A stretch of 64,000 bases of DNA from the human T2T-CHM13v2.0 reference genome, Homo sapiens (GCF_009914755.1 NC_060934.1), one strand, 5' to 3'. Counted from the first letter of the stretch, positions 23,801 to 41,298 are shown. Program-made: numbers and translations. The notes: generated by a model not told the origin, from the letters alone.

Positions 23801-25990
23801 GGTATCCCTTGTAATGTCTCCTTTTTCATCTCTGATTTTATTTATTTAGGTCTTCTTTCTTTTTTCTTTGTCTGATTTAAGATTTGTCTATATTTTCATC
23901 TTTTCAAAAATAAACTTCATTTCATTGACCTTTTGTATTTTTTATTATTGATTTAATTTCTGCTCTGATCTTTATTATTTTATTTCTTCTACTAATTTTG
24001 GGTTTGGTTTGCTCTTCTCTTTGTGTTCTTTAAGATGTGCCATTAGGTTGTTTATTTGAAGCTTTTCTATTTTTTTAATGTAAGGATTTATTACTGTAAA
24101 CTTCCCTCTTAGTACTGCTTTTGCTGTATTCTTTAGGTTTTGATCTGTTTGTCTCCATTTTCGTTTGTTTCTGGAAATTTTAAAATTTTCTTCTGAATTT
24201 CTTCATTGACCGAAGTGGTTTTTTTAGAAGCATTTCCATGAGTTTGTATAGTTTTCAAAGTTCCTCCTGCTATTGATTTCTAGTTTTATTCTGTTGTGGT
24301 CAGATGAGATACTTGATACTTGATATGATTTTAATTGTTTTGAATTTTTGAGACATGTTTTGTGTCCTAATGAATTGTCTATCTTGGAGAGCATTCTATG
24401 TGCTGAGGAGAAGAATGTGTATTGTGCAGCTATTAGATGAAATGGTCTGTAAATGTCTATTTGGTCTGTAGTGCAGATTAAGGTCTGATCTGATGTTTCT
24501 TTGTTGATTTTCTGTCTGGATGATCTGTCCAATCCTAAAAATGTGCTGTTGAAGTCCCAAGATATTATTGTTTTGGGGTCTTCTCTCTTTTTAGATCTAA
24601 TAATGTTTGCATTATATTTTTGGTGCTCCAGTGGTACATATAGATTTACAATTGTTCTATCATCTTGCTGAAGAGACTCCTTTATCATTATGTAATAACC
24701 TTGTCTCTTTTTGCAGTTTTTTTCTCTTGAAACCTATTTATGTGATACAAGTATAGCTACTCCTTCTTGCTTTTTTTTTGTTTGTTTGTTGCCATTGGCA
24801 TGGAATATCTTTTTTCATCCCTTTATTTTAGGTCTGTGTGTCTTTATGGGTGAAGTGTTTCTTCTAGGCAGCATGTAGTGGGGTCTTATTTTTTATCCAT
24901 TCTTCTATGTCTTTTGTTTGGAGAATTTAGTCCGTTTACATTCAATATTATTATTGATTCGTAAGAACTTATTACTGCCATTTTGTTGTTTGTTTTCTGG
25001 TCATTTTGTTGGTCTTTCTTTTTTCCTTCTGAATTCCTTTGTATAAAAGTGATTTTTTTTTCTGGTAGTATATTTTAATTTCTTGCTTTTTATTTTTTGT
25101 ATATCTGTTTTAGGTTTTTGTTTTGTGGTTACCATGAGGTTTGCAAATAAAATCTTATAACCAGTTATTTTAAGCTGATGACAAATTAATTTTGATTACA
25201 AGGAAAAGAAAAAAAACAAAACAAATAAGCAAATAAAAAACTAAAAAAGCTCTATACATTCTTTTTGGCTTTGGACTTTTTATTGTCTATATTTATATCT
25301 TTTTATACAGTCTACCTGAAAAAGTTGTGGTAGTTTTTAGTTTTGATTGGTTTGTTTTTTAGTTTTTCTACTACAGATATGAGTGCTTTATGTATTTCAG
25401 TTATAGTATTAAGCGTATTCTCTGTATGTTTGTATATTTACTATTGCCAGTGAGTTTTATACCTTTAGATGATTTCCTGTTGTTTGTTAATATCCTCTTG
25501 TTTCACATTGAAGAACTCCCTTTAACATTTCTTATAAGACAGACATGTTGTTGATGAAATCCTTTGGTTTTTATTTTTCTGAGAAAGTATTTCTCCTTTA
25601 TGTTTGAAGGATAATTTTGCTGGATATATATAACTTTCTAGGTTGGATGTTTTCTTTCCTTCAGCACTTTGAAAATGTCATCTCGCTCTCCTGGACTGCA
25701 AGTTTCCTACTGAGAAGTCTGCTGCCAGATATGTCAGGGATTCTTTATAAGTTGTGTGCCTCTTTTCTCTGCTGCTTTTGGATCTGTTCCTTATCCTTGA
25801 CCTTTGAGAGTCTGAATATTATATACCTTGAAGTAGGTATATACTCAAATAAGTATTTGAGTATATTTGAGGTATCTGTTGGTGTTTTATAACCTCGTAT
25901 CTGGATATTTATATCTTTCTACAAGTTTGGAAAGTTCTCAGTTATTATTTCTTTGAATAAACTTTCTAGCTCAATCTTTATTTCTACATA
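20815..25990 (-). mobile_element. L1MA-type LINE, ~5 kb (3'UTR through ORF2 into ORF1), internally deleted
   Basis: 3' end ...gatacagtcatacaatgtgtaatgatcaaatcagggtaattggg; ORF2 peptides in ORFs 22590..22772, 23327..23548 and 24224..24688 (endonuclease-like). Confidence 0.9.
21756..22143 (+). mobile_element. THE1 solo LTR (THE1D-like, ERVL-MaLR) nested in L1MA
   Basis: tgatatgattaggctttgtgtccccacccaaatctc...tgtgagtcaattaaacc...ggctaataaca; perfect 5-bp TSD TATGT at 21751-21755 and 22144-22148. Confidence 0.92.
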
Positions 25991-25999
25991 CTAATTAAG

Positions 26000-27805
26000 G
26001 CCAGTAACTCTTTAGGATAACTTTTCATCTTCTTTATAAACCAGAGGTTGTAAATTTTGATGAATTACCACTTATTATTATTTTAAAAAATGTCTGTACT
26101 TTTTGTATTCTATCTAAAAGACCTTTGCCAAGCTCAAGGTCACATTTTTCTCATGCGTTTTCTAGGAGATGTTTTATAATTTTGGCTTTTGTCCTCAGAT
26201 ATTTGTGATCCATTTGAGTGAATTTTCATATATTGTGCGAAGTAAGGGCTGAGATTTTTATAAAAATAGGCTGCGTCCAGTGGCTCACACCTATAATCCC
26301 AGATGCTCAGGAGCCTGAGGTAGGGAGACTGCTGGAGCCCAAGAGTTCAAGGCTACAGTGAACTATGATTGTGCCACTGCACTACAGCCTGTCATTTAGA
26401 GACAGGCAAAACCCTGTGCCTGAATGAATGAATGAATGAATGAATAAATATCCAATTGTTCCAGCTTTTTCCATTGAATTACCATGGTATCTGTGTAGAA
26501 AAATCAATTGGCCATATATGTGTGAGCCGATTTTTGTACTCTATTCTGGTCCATTGATGTATATTATGGTTATTCTAGTATCACACTCTATTGATTACTG
26601 TAGCTCTCTAAATCTGGCGGTGTAAGTCTTCCATCTTTTTTTCCATTTTAAAAAGTTTTGAGCTATTCTAGGTCCTTCATATTGCAATATAAAATTTAGA
26701 ATCAACTTGTCAATTTTTGAAAGAAGGCTGCAAAGATTTTAATTGGGGTTGCATTGGATCTAGAGAGGGGAAAATTGAGTCTTTAACAATATGGAGTCTT
26801 GTAATGCATGGACATGGTATATCACTTCTTTATTTAGGTCTCTTTTGTTTCAGCAGTATTTTATATTTTTCAATATACTGGTGTTGTACATAGTTTGCTA
26901 AATTCCTAAATATTTCATATTTTTAATATTACTAAATGGTATTTAAAAAATTTAAATTTATAACAGCTGATTGCTAGTCTATGTAAAAATTCATTTTCAA
27001 ATATGGGTTTGGTCATGCAACGTTGCTAAACACACTTATTAATATCTGTAGCCCATTGGTCAACAACTTATTTTCTATATAGATGCTCATGTGGTGTGGT
27101 AATAAACATTGTTTTACTCTTTCTTTTTCAGTGTGTATGCCTTTTACTAATTTTCTTTGTCTTGTATTTTTAGGATCATTAGTACACTACTGAGTAGAAG
27201 TAGTGACAGCAGATATTCCTGCCTTTTCCCTTATTTTAGCAGGGAAATATGCAGTCTTAGCAATGTGTTTAACATGACTTTTATCAGGTTGAGGAAATTT
27301 ACTTTTATTTCTAGTTTGTTTAGTTTTTTTCATGAACAGTGTTAAATTTCCTCGAAATAGTTTTTTTTTCCACATCTTTTGAGAAAAACTTTTGTTTTTT
27401 CATTTTCTGATTTTTTAATATGGTGAATGGTATTGATTGACTTTTACATGTTAAACTGCAATTGCATTCTTGGATAAAGCTTACTTGGTCATAATATATT
27501 ATCCTTTTCATATATTGCTGAATTTCATTTGCTAAAATCTTAAAGACTTCTATGTCTATATTCATAAGAGATATTAGAGTATGTATTTTTCTTGTAATAT
27601 CTTTATATGGTTTTGTAATCTGGCTAATGTTAAATGATTTAAAGCATGTTTCATCTTTTTTAAGAGTTTATGTAGAATTGATATTATTTCTGTCTTAAAT
27701 GGTTGATAGAATTTGATCAGGGAAACTATCTGTTCCAGGACTTTGTGAGAATGATTTTAATTATGTATGTATTTTCTTTACTAGATATAGAGATATCCAG
27801 GTTCA
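26000..27805 (-). mobile_element. Old L1 ORF2 fragments, antisense
   Basis: ORF 27320..27565 gives RT-like MNIDIEVFKILANEIQQYMKRIIYYDQVSFI. Confidence 0.75.
26269..26446 (+). mobile_element. Alu monomer (FAM/FRAM/FLAM-like) with (TGAA)n tail
   Basis: ggctgcgtccagtggctcacacctataatcccag...gagttcaaggctacagtgaactatgattgtgccactgcact; single arm. Confidence 0.8.
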
Positions 27806-27809
27806 AATT

Positions 27810-29490
27810 GTAACAAATGACAGGGTTTTCTCCCTTTTTAAGGTCAAATAAGATTACACTGTGTATATACAGTTGTCCCTCAGTATATATGGGGGATTGA
27901 TTCCAGGACCCCATACCAAAGCCAGTGCAGTCGGCCTGGGGAATCCATATGTAGGAAAAATTGGCCCTCTCTGTATAGGAAAAGTTGGCTCCCCCTAAAC
28001 ACAAGTTTTGCATCCTGCAAATATGGTATTTTCTATTTGCATTTGGTTGAAAGAATCTATATATAAGTGAGCCCGCACGTAAGTGGACTCATAAAGTTCA
28101 AACCCATGTTATTCAAGCATCATCAATATGCCACATGTTTTTCATCTATTCACTCCATTGGATGGACACTTAGGTTGATGAGCCCTTAGGTTGATTCCAT
28201 ATCTTGGCTATTGAGACTAATGTTACAATGAACATGGAAATGCAGATATCTTTTTGACATGCTGATTTCATATTCTTTAGATGTATACCCAATAGTGAAA
28301 TTGCTGGGCCATACGGTAGTTCTACTTTTAATTTTTAGGAGGCTTCATATTGTTTTCCATAATGGGCGTACTTCTTCCCACCAACAGGGTACAAGGATTC
28401 CCTTTTCTCCACATTCTTGCCAACACTTGTTATCTTTTGTCTTTCTGATAATAACGATTCTAACAGATGTGAAATGATATATCATTTTGGTTTTAATTTG
28501 CATTTTTCTGATGGTGAGTAATGTTGAACATTTTTTCATATACCTGTTGGGCATTTGTGTATCTTCTTTTGAGAAATGTCCACTCATGTCCTTTGCCCAT
28601 GTTTTAGTTTGGTTATTTGTTTTCTTGCTGTTAAGTTCTTTGAGTTCCTTATATATTTTCATATTAACCCTTTAACAGATATATCATTTGCAAGTGTATT
28701 TTCCCATTTCATAGGTTATATCTTCAGTTTGTTGATTATCTCCTTGCTATGCAGAAGCTTGTTTGATGTAATATCATTTGTCTACTTTTGCTTTTGTTAC
28801 CTGTGCTTTTGGCATCATATCCAATAAATCTTTACCCAATGAATGTCATTAACTTCTCGACTATGTTTTTTTCTAGTAGTTTTACCATTTCGTGTCTTAT
28901 CTTTAAGTCTTTAATCCATTTTTAGTTGATTTTTATATATGATGTGAAATGAGGGTCTAATTTTATTCTTCTGCATGTGGATATCCAGTTTTCCTAGAAT
29001 CATTAATTGAAGAGACTGTCTTTTTCCTGTTATGTGTTTAGGCATCTTCATCAAAAGTTAATTGACTATAAATGTGTGAATTTATTTTCAGGTCCCCTGT
29101 TCTGTTTCACTGGTCTTGTGTTAGTACCATGCCTGTACAATGTTGTTTTCATTACTACAGTTTTGTAGTAGATTTTGCAATCAACTAATGGGAGGCCTCT
29201 GGATTTGTTCTTTTTGCTTAAGGTTGCCTTAGCTCTTTGGGGCTTTTTGTGGTTTCATACTGATTTTAGGATTTTTAAAAAATTTTTTGTGAAAAATGTC
29301 ATTGAGAGTGTGGTAGGGATTGCTCTGAATCTGTAGATCACTGTGGGAAGTATGGATATTATAACAATATTAATTTTTCCAGTCTGTGAATGTGGGATCT
29401 TTCCATTTATTTGTGTCTTTTTCAATTTATTTCATCAATGTTTTATAGTTTTCATTGTACAGATCTTTCACCTCATTGGTTACATTTATT
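27810..29490 (-). mobile_element. L1MA-type 3' ORF2/3'UTR fragment
   Basis: ORF 28345..28662 gives ORF2 C-terminus ([13 protein letters not shown]...[10 protein letters not shown]). Confidence 0.85.
27870..28122 (+). mobile_element. MER8 (TcMar-Tigger MITE) nested in L1
   Basis: TA|cagttgtccctcagtat...gggggattgattccaggaccc...gttcaaacccatgttattcaag. Confidence 0.8.
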
Positions 29491-29544
29491 TATTTATTTC
29501 AAGTATTTTCAGTTTTTTTAATGAGCAATAAAAGAAAATGTTTC

Positions 29545-29827
<283 letters not shown>

Positions 29828-30481
29828 TTCAATAGTTAAGCATGACTGAAACTTGATTATATCTGCTTTTTATAAAAATATCTTGATATCTGTGTAGATA
29901 ATGTAGGGTTGGGATTAGGTACATGAATAGCAACGGAGTTGTGGAGACTTCTTAGCAAGCTAAAGTGGTAGTAATTATGAGAGATTCTGGAAATTTAGCT
30001 ACACTGGCATTAGTGGGAAAATGTAAACTAGTTTGTTTGCTTTTTCAGTAAACTATTTTCAAGAATTAACAGGACTAAAACATGAGAAAGAAATGTTTGA
30101 ATGCTTCTATTCAGAATGCTTCTATTCTTTCTACATTAAAGCAAAGAGACATCTAGAAGTCATCTCTGTAGACAGGTGAACAGTTACATTACTTAATTTC
30201 CTCTGAATCAGATTTGTGCTTAATTGCTGAGAGGGCACCATCAGGGAGGGAATTCAGATTAATGTTTGCATAGGGTGTGCAGTGGACCAGAGTATATTTT
30301 TCTATGTTAGCAAGATGAACTAATCTAGTGATTAAAAAAATACCCATTAAAGTAAGATACAAAGAACAAATACAGTTCAGTTTTATCACATTTATTTCAT
30401 TTCTGCTGAATTTAGATACTACCAACAATTTGGAGTTAGCTGCAGATTTTTAAAAATGGATTTTTTTTGTTACTTGTTTAG

Positions 30482-33350
<2,869 letters not shown>

Positions 33351-33832
33351 TCATTGTGGAAGTATGAAATAATTGTATTTTAATATACAGCTACTTTGTT
33401 ATTACAACCAGAAGCAGGGTTCAAAAGCCCTAACAATGATGAATTTCTTTTATTATGGCCATCTACAAGTATAAAAGTTTTCAAAAAAGTGGTAATACTC
33501 CACCAACAAATGTAAACAAGCGAAACTTCAAACCTAGAGCAGTAATAGAGATTGGTGTTTGCCATAAAAGCTGTTGAAGGGAATCTTTTGAAGACATCTA
33601 CAATGACTTCTTAGAGAAAAAACAGACCCTATGTCAGGTTCACAGTAAATAATAGCCCCCTCATGTCTTAACTGTCTAACTGAATGTTTATGGAAAGGCA
33701 AGCTAGGAAATAAGCCCATGATCTGGTCATTTCTTGGTACATGATAAAGTACAAAATGTACTCTTCTTGAGCGTTTAGTTTACTTTTGAGCCTCTTAGGA
33801 TTCTTAAAAGTTTAAAACTAGATTGGGCCACC

Positions 33833-34147
33833 TTTTTTTTTTTTTTTTTTTGAGATGGAGTCTTGCTCTGTCACCCAGGCTAGAGTGTAGTGGCACGCTC
33901 TTGGCTCACTGCAACCTATGCCTCCTGAAGTCAAACGATTCTTGTGCCTCAGCCTCCTGAGTAGCTGGGACTGCAGAAGTGCACCACCATGCCTGGCTAT
34001 TTTTTTTTTTTCTTTTTTTGTATTTTTAGTAGAGACAGGGTTTCACTATGTTGGCTAGGCTGCTCTTGAACTCCTGGCCCCAAGTGATCCTCCTGTCTTG
34101 GCCTCCCAAAATGCTGGGATTACAGGAATGAGCCACCGCACCTGGCC
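33833..34147 (-). mobile_element. Alu (old AluS/J-like)
   Basis: Full antisense dimer; TSD tagattgggccaccttt / tagattgggtcaacttt. Confidence 0.95.
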
Positions 34148-36941
34148 TAGATTGGGTCAACTTTAAAATTTATCTTATGGTTGAAATTACTGTATTTCTA
34201 AATTTAAAAATATAGACATAATCAAGTAAAGAATATATAGTCTTATTGGTAGATTATATCTTGGAGATATAATCCTTGCTTATTTTTGAGTATTTTATTT
34301 TAGTTTTTAATGTTGTAAGGGGATCTTTTTTGGTTTCTTTTTCAGATAGTTTCATTGTTAGCATATAAAAATGCTACTGATTTTTGTACGTTTATTCATA
34401 TCCTGCAAGTTTACGGAATTTTTAAATTTTTTTTTACAGATTTTTGGTGGAGACTTTAGAGTTTTTTACATATAACATCATGTGATCTGCAAACAGAGGC
34501 AACACTTCTTTCCAATTTGGATGTCTTTCATTTTTTTCTTTTGCCTAATTCCTCTGGCTAGGGCTTCTTGTATTATGTTGAATAGAAGTGGTGGGAATGA
34601 GCATCCTTGTCTTGTTCTTAATATTAGAGGAAAAGCCTTCAACTTTTCACCACTGTAGTGTTGGATGTGGACTTGTCATATATGGCTTTTATTATGTTGA
34701 AGTACATTCCTTTGATACCTAATTTGCTGAGAGTTTTTATCATGAAAATATGTTGAATTCTATCAAATGCTTTTTCTGCATCTATTGAGATGATAATAGA
34801 ATTATTGTCCTTCATTCTGTTAATGTGGTGTATCACATTAATTGATTTTTGCATATTAACCCATCATTGCTTCTTTGGGATATATCCCATTTTATCACAG
34901 TGAATTATTCTTTTACTGTGATCTTGATTTTTATTTGCTAGTGTTTTGTTGAATATTTTTCCTTCTATATTTATCAGGAATATTGGCTTTTATATAGTGT
35001 CATTGTCTGGCTTTGGTATTAGGGTAATGCTGGCCTTGAGAAATAATTTTGGATATGTTCCCTCTTCTATTTTGTGGAAAAGTTTGAAAAGGATTGTTGT
35101 TAATTCTTCTTTAGATATTTGGCAGAATTCATTAGCGAAGCTCATTTGTTCCTGGGCTTTCTTTGTTGGGAGGTTTTTGATTAATGATTCAAAAACTTGA
35201 TTAGTGTTTCAATCTTATAGTTGTAATGCTCTTTTAAGCTGATAACATCTTAACTTAGATCACATAAAATAACTCTACACTTTTATGCCAACTCTACCCC
35301 TCACATTTTATGTTTTTGGTGTGACGATTTATATATTTTATTGTATATTCCTTAGCAAATTATTGTAGCTATTATTTTTGACACTTTTGTCTATTAACCT
35401 TTATACTACAGATAACAGTGATTCACACACCACCATTACAGTATTAGAATATTTTGAATTGTGTCCTTACTTTTACTAGTGAGTTTTATACTTTCATACA
35501 TTTTAGTCTCTTTGATAGCTGATAGGACTTTGCCTATTTTTTTTCAATGTGGCAGATGTTGCCTTCTAATTGACAGTTTTAGACGATTTATATTTAATGT
35601 AATTATCAATATGCTTGGATTTAATCATGCTGTTTTGATTTTTGCCCTCTAATTATTCTATTAGTTTCTTTTTCCTCTTACGATTTCATTTTTTCTCCAT
35701 TATTAACTTCTTGAGTGTAATTGTTGATATACTTAAACTTAGGTCTACTATTTTATTATTCAGTTCTTTGTGTTTCCTGTTTTTTATTCTTGTTTCCTTT
35801 TTCCTGTATTCATTTGGATTATTTGAACATTTTTTAGTATTCCATTTTAATCTTATCTTAATGTGATATTTACTATTATCTCTTTGTAATTTTTAAGTGA
35901 TTGCTCCATAAATTAAAAAGTAATACTTTTTAGAGTGTACTAAGAATCAATATTTTGTCACATGGTTTGGAATGCGGAAACCTTACCTCATTACAGGTAC
36001 CTTTACCTTCTCCTTTCATATGCTACCATTTCTTGTATATTTCATCTACAAACATTGAAAATCCCATAAGGCCATGTAAATATTTTTGCTTTCAACCATC
36101 AAGCATACTTTAAAGAACTCAAAAAGAGAAGAACAGTGTATTGCATTTACCCAGAAATTTACCATATCTATTGTTATTTCCTCATTCCAAGTTGCCTTCT
36201 GCTTCATATCCCTTCATCTGAAGAGCCTCATCTAGCATTTCTTTTAGAGCAGCTCCACTGACTGTATAGATTATCTTAGTTTTTCTGCATCTTAGAACGT
36301 CTTTATTTCACACTTATCCGTGTAGGATATTTCTGTTGCATATAGAATCCCGAGTTATAATTATTAGCACTTAAAAAATGTTGGGCCACTTCTTTCTGGC
36401 CTTTATGGTTTCTTATGATAAAACCATAGTCATTTAAATTGTTGTTCCCTTATATAATTTGTTATTTTTCTGTAGCAGCTTTCAAGATGATTTCTTCATT
36501 TTTATTTTTCAACAGTTTAATTGTTACATACTTGGTGTGGATTTTTTTGAAAATACCTTGTTTGTGATTTGCTCAGGTTCCTGAATCTTTAGGACTATTA
36601 TTAACTACATCTTTTTGTTTTGTTTTTTCAAATGGTTGCTGTATTATTTACAATATACATCTTTAGCTTATCACATTCTACCTTTAATTATGTTATATCA
36701 CTTCATATATAGTGTCAGAACCTTAAAATAGTATACCTGATTTTTTAAATTGTTTCTCTTGAGCTAATATCATATCTATATAGGTTATAAAGAACACAAT
36801 AAATTGTTCTAGTGTTTGTTTTTAACAGTAAATTATCATTTTAGAGAGATAAAAATGATAGATGATTTATATTTATCCACATATTAACTTTCTCCTATTC
36901 TCTTTATTCATCTGTATAAATCCACATTCTGTATAATATTC

Positions 36942-37723
36942 TTTTTTTAAATTATACTTTAAGTTCTAGGGTACATGTGCACAACGTGCAGGTTTGTTAC
37001 ATAGGTATACATGCGCCATGTTGGTTTGCTGCACCCATCAACTCGTCATTTACATTAGGTATTTCTCCTAATGATATCCCTTCTCCAGCCCCTCACCTGC
37101 CGACAGGTCCCAGTGTGTGTGATGTTCCCCACCCTGTGTCCATGTGTTCTCATTGTTTAACTCCCACCTATGAGTGAGAACATGCGGTGTTTGGTTTTCT
37201 GTCCTTACGATAGTTTGCTGAGAATGATGGTTTCCAGCTTCATCCATGTCCCTGCAAAGGACATGAACTCATCCTTTTTTATGGCTGGCTAGTATTCCAT
37301 GGTGTATATGTGCCACATTTTCTTAATCCAGTCTATCATTGATGGACATTTGGGTTTGTTCCGAGTCTTTGCTATTGTGAATAGTGCCACAATAAACATA
37401 CATGTGCATGTGTCTTTATAGTAGCATGATTTATAATCCTTTGGGTATATACCCAGTAATGGGATGGCTGGGTCAAATGGTATTTCTAGTTCTAGATCCT
37501 TGAGGAATCACCACACTGTCTTCCACAATGGTTGAACTAATTTACAATCCCACCAGCAGTGTAAAAGCATTCCTATTTCTCCACATCCTCTCCAGCATCT
37601 GTTGTTTCCTGACTTTTTAATGATCGCCGTTCTAACTGGCATGAGATGGTATCTCATTGTGGTTTTGGTTTGCACTTCTCTGATGACCAGTGAGGATAAA
37701 CATTTTTTCATATGTCTGTTGGC
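36942..37723 (-). mobile_element. 5'-truncated L1PA (PA6/PA7-like), ~780 bp
   Basis: attatactttaagttctagggtacatgtgcacaacgtgcaggtttgttacataggt; approximate TSD gtataatattc / gtataattttc. Confidence 0.93.
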
Positions 37724-39084
37724 AATAGCAGGTATAATTTTCATTCAGCCCAAGGAATTTTGTTGTCATCTCCTGTAGGGCAAATCTCTGATTTTTTTTT
37801 CTTTTAGTCTGGAAATTTTTGTTTCACTTTCATTTTTGAAAAAAAATTTGCTGAGTGTAGAATTCTATTTTGATAGTTTTCCTTTGTTTTTAATATAGAA
37901 TTATGGGTTGGCAGTTCCTCCCCTTGCCCCCCCACATTTTACTAGCTTAAAAATGTGACTCCACTGTCCTCTGACTTGCAAGTGGTTTCTGATGAAAAGA
38001 CAGCTGTCATTCTTATCTTTGTTCTTCTGCTTTTTTGTCTTCATAACTTCATGAAATTCTTGGTGTGAGCTTCTTTATATTTCCCACTCCCCCATCCCGA
38101 TCTTGTGTGTATTTTGTTGCATTTCTCAGTTTCATGGAATTACAGATTTTGTTAAATTTTGGAAATTATTTCTTCAAATAATATTTCTGTCCACCACATC
38201 ACTATCACATATCTCAAACTCTTATCACTCTGGATTAGGCTGCTTGATATTGTTATCCAGGTTTTTCAATCTTTTTCATTTATGTGCTTCATTTTGGACA
38301 GTTTATATTTCTTTATAAGTTCACTGTTCTTCTGTAATCTCTAATCTTGTGCTAATTCTGTTAAATGTATTTTTCATTTGAGGCATTCATTTATAGGCAT
38401 TCTATTTCATTTATAGGCATTCTATTAGTTTCTAAAATTTTTGCTATTACTTGTTATCATATTCATGTTTTCTGCAACATTATTAAACATATTTGAGTAT
38501 ATTTCCAATCATTTTTTAAAACATTCTGTTCTACCACTTCTATCTTTTGTTTTATTTCTGGGTCTCTTTCTATTGGATGATTTTCTTTTTGTTATGAATT
38601 ATATTTCCTTTGCCTTCTATACTTTTTAATTTTTTCATATGTTTTAGGCATGTATATTTTAAACTTATTGGCTATTAGATTTTGTTGTATTCCTTTAAGG
38701 GGTGTTGGACTTTGTGCTGACACACAGTTAAATTGCCTTTTACCAGCTTGAACATTCTGGGAGTTTGCTCCTTAGTCTTGTTAGAGTGGATCCAGAGCAA
38801 CTTTCAGTTTATTGCTCATTTATTTTGGTACTACATCTCTTCTCAGGACTCTACCTAATGCCTCCTGTAGTACGAGGCCATTTTTCTATTGTTGCTTGGA
38901 GCACAAACTGTTCCCAGTGCTGTGTAAGACTCAAGAGGTGTTTACTAGTTTTTTCTTGGTCCTTTCCATAGCCTTAAGTAGTTTTCCCGTTTTGCACATG
39001 CAGATCAGTACTCAGCTAAAGACATGTGGGACTTTTCTGCAGATCTCTGTGTTTTCTGTGTGTGCAAGCTGGTTTGATTTCTTT

Positions 39085-39121
39085 CTTTTTTTTATTATTA
39101 TACTTTAAGTTCTAGGGTACG
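39085..39121 (-). mobile_element. Ultra-short (37 bp) L1PA 3'-terminal insertion
   Basis: ctttttttt-attattatactttaagttctagggtacg between perfect 10-bp TSDs tgatttcttt (39075-39084, 39122-39131). Confidence 0.85.
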
Positions 39122-41298
39122 TGATTTCTTTAAACTCTAAACTTTGTTTTCTCAAGTTAGTGAGATCACCACTCTATTTTGGATCTCACTGAGTTTCTGT
39201 TTACCTTACAAGTAATCAGGGTAATTCATTATGAAATATAGTATTTCACTTAAAATACTACGGAAGCAAAAACTACTATAAAAGTAAAAAATAAAAATGA
39301 CTCAAATATAACAAGAGTTCTTCATTAGGCCATGATGGAGTAATTTGGAAAGCATTTCCTGCCATAAACAACTCAAAAACCAGAAAAAATATATGAAAAA
39401 TGCTTCACAGATGTTGGATAACAAGCAGAAGTAAAATATTTATTTCTCTTTAAAGAAAGAGAAATATTTATTTCGCACTAAAAAGTTTATTTCTTTCTCT
39501 TTACTTCCTACATCTTGTGTCATGGCCAGGGTATTGCCTACAAGCAGTATGCTCTGGCAATCATAGAGCCTACACTTGTTTCTGTTTCTTTTAGAGTCAT
39601 AGTCCTATGCTGTCACAGGATCACAGTGTAATGCTGCTTGGTATCTAGTATCCATAAAGCATTTTTTATTTTGTTTTTTTTTTTTTCTGGTTTCTGAGTT
39701 GTTTGTGGCAGGAAGTGTTTTCTAAATTACTCCATCATGGCCTAATGAAGAACTCTTGGTATATTTGAGTAATTTTTGCTATTTACTTTTGCAGTATTAT
39801 CCTGAGTTAGTTCATGTATTCATGCATCTGTTTTCACCACTGTCTTTTCTCATTAATGACCTACTTTTGAACCAGTGGTTTACTTTTTTATAAATTGAGA
39901 ATATGATAAAGCACACTACCAAATTGAAAAAAAATTCACGCATATGCAAATAACAACAGAGGATAAGAACATATGTTTTCTGAGGTGATCTATATGTTGT
40001 TATCTTGCATGTTTATTGAGACCAGTTGGTTCCTTAGAGCATATATACATTTCCAAATGCAAAACATAAGAAGAATATAATGAGAATGTGACTCAAATTA
40101 ATCTTGCTTTTCAAATTTGTCTCCTGTGTGGGAAGACAATTGTTTCCTTTTAATTTTTCACCTGAAACTACTATACCACTTATGAATTCCTTGCCTGAAC
40201 TGCTAGTGACTGAACCTAGAGAAACATTGAGGTAGTACAAGAATGCACATTTTGGTGTTAGACCTGTGTCTTCGCTCTTACAATTCCAAAGTTTTTTTAA
40301 AAAAGTTTATCAAGTAGTTAAGTGAAATACTGTATTTCATAATGAATTATGCCGATTACTGGTAGCTGATCACTAGTAGTGAACATTATATTTTTAAAAT
40401 AAACTTTTTATTTTGAGATAAATGTAGTTACAGGTATATAATTGTAAGAAATAATGAAAGTGATTCTGTATACCCTTTACACAGTTTTCTCTCATAGAAA
40501 CATCTTGCACAAATGTGTAACATCCTAAGTCTAGATACTGACATGGATATAATCCTATGATCTTACTTAGAAATTCCCAGTTTTATTTGTATTTGTTTGT
40601 GTGTGTGTGTGCCTATTTCATTCTGTGCAGTTTTATCACACATGTTGATATATCTCCCACCACAGTTAAGATACAGAGTAGTTCTTCACCCCAAAGATCC
40701 TTCTCATTGCCCCTTTAACCACACATACCTCCTTTCTACCCTGGCTCCTCACAACCACCAGTTTGTTCTCCATTTTATAATTTTGTGATTCCAAGAATGT
40801 TTTATATATGGATCATTTACATTTAAGGTAATTTTGATATATTAGTGACTAAGTCTGCTGTTTTATTATTTGTTTTCTGTTTTTTTCCTTTTCTTGTGCC
40901 TCTTTTTCTCTTTACTTGCTTCCTGTGGGTTATGTGAATAATTTTTAGGATTCCTTTTTGATGCACTTGTATAGTGTTCTTAATAGTATCTCTTTGTAAA
41001 ATTTTGATAGTATCTTCTGTATAATTTTCTTAGTGGTTGGTCTGTGTGTTAAAATATATATATTTGACTTATCACAGTCTACTGGCACCAGTAATTTACC
41101 ACCTCAGGTGAGATGTGGAAACCTTGCTTTCATTTACGTCACTTTAGCTTTACTTTTCTCACTTTTAAATATCATTATCTTGAGTATCGGATGGTGTTAT
41201 AATTTTTTTCCATCATCATATATTATTTATAAACATTCATGAGAAGGATAATCTGTTGTTTGTATTCCTGTTTCTGCTCTATTTGTTGTCCTGACTTC

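Larger units (their letters stand above)
34290..39200 (-). mobile_element. Mosaic of old antisense L1 (L1MA/MD/ME) ORF2, inter-ORF and ORF1 fragments
   Basis: ORF 34639..34854 gives RT-like [28 protein letters not shown]; T-rich antisense ORF1 motifs further right; internal boundaries unresolved. Confidence 0.7.

Noticed and set aside
30099-30127. Short tandem duplication gaatgcttctattc x2 (similar ones near 7198, 28168, 38386 and 51555)
   Set aside because: Ordinary 10-20-bp slippage duplications with no further structure
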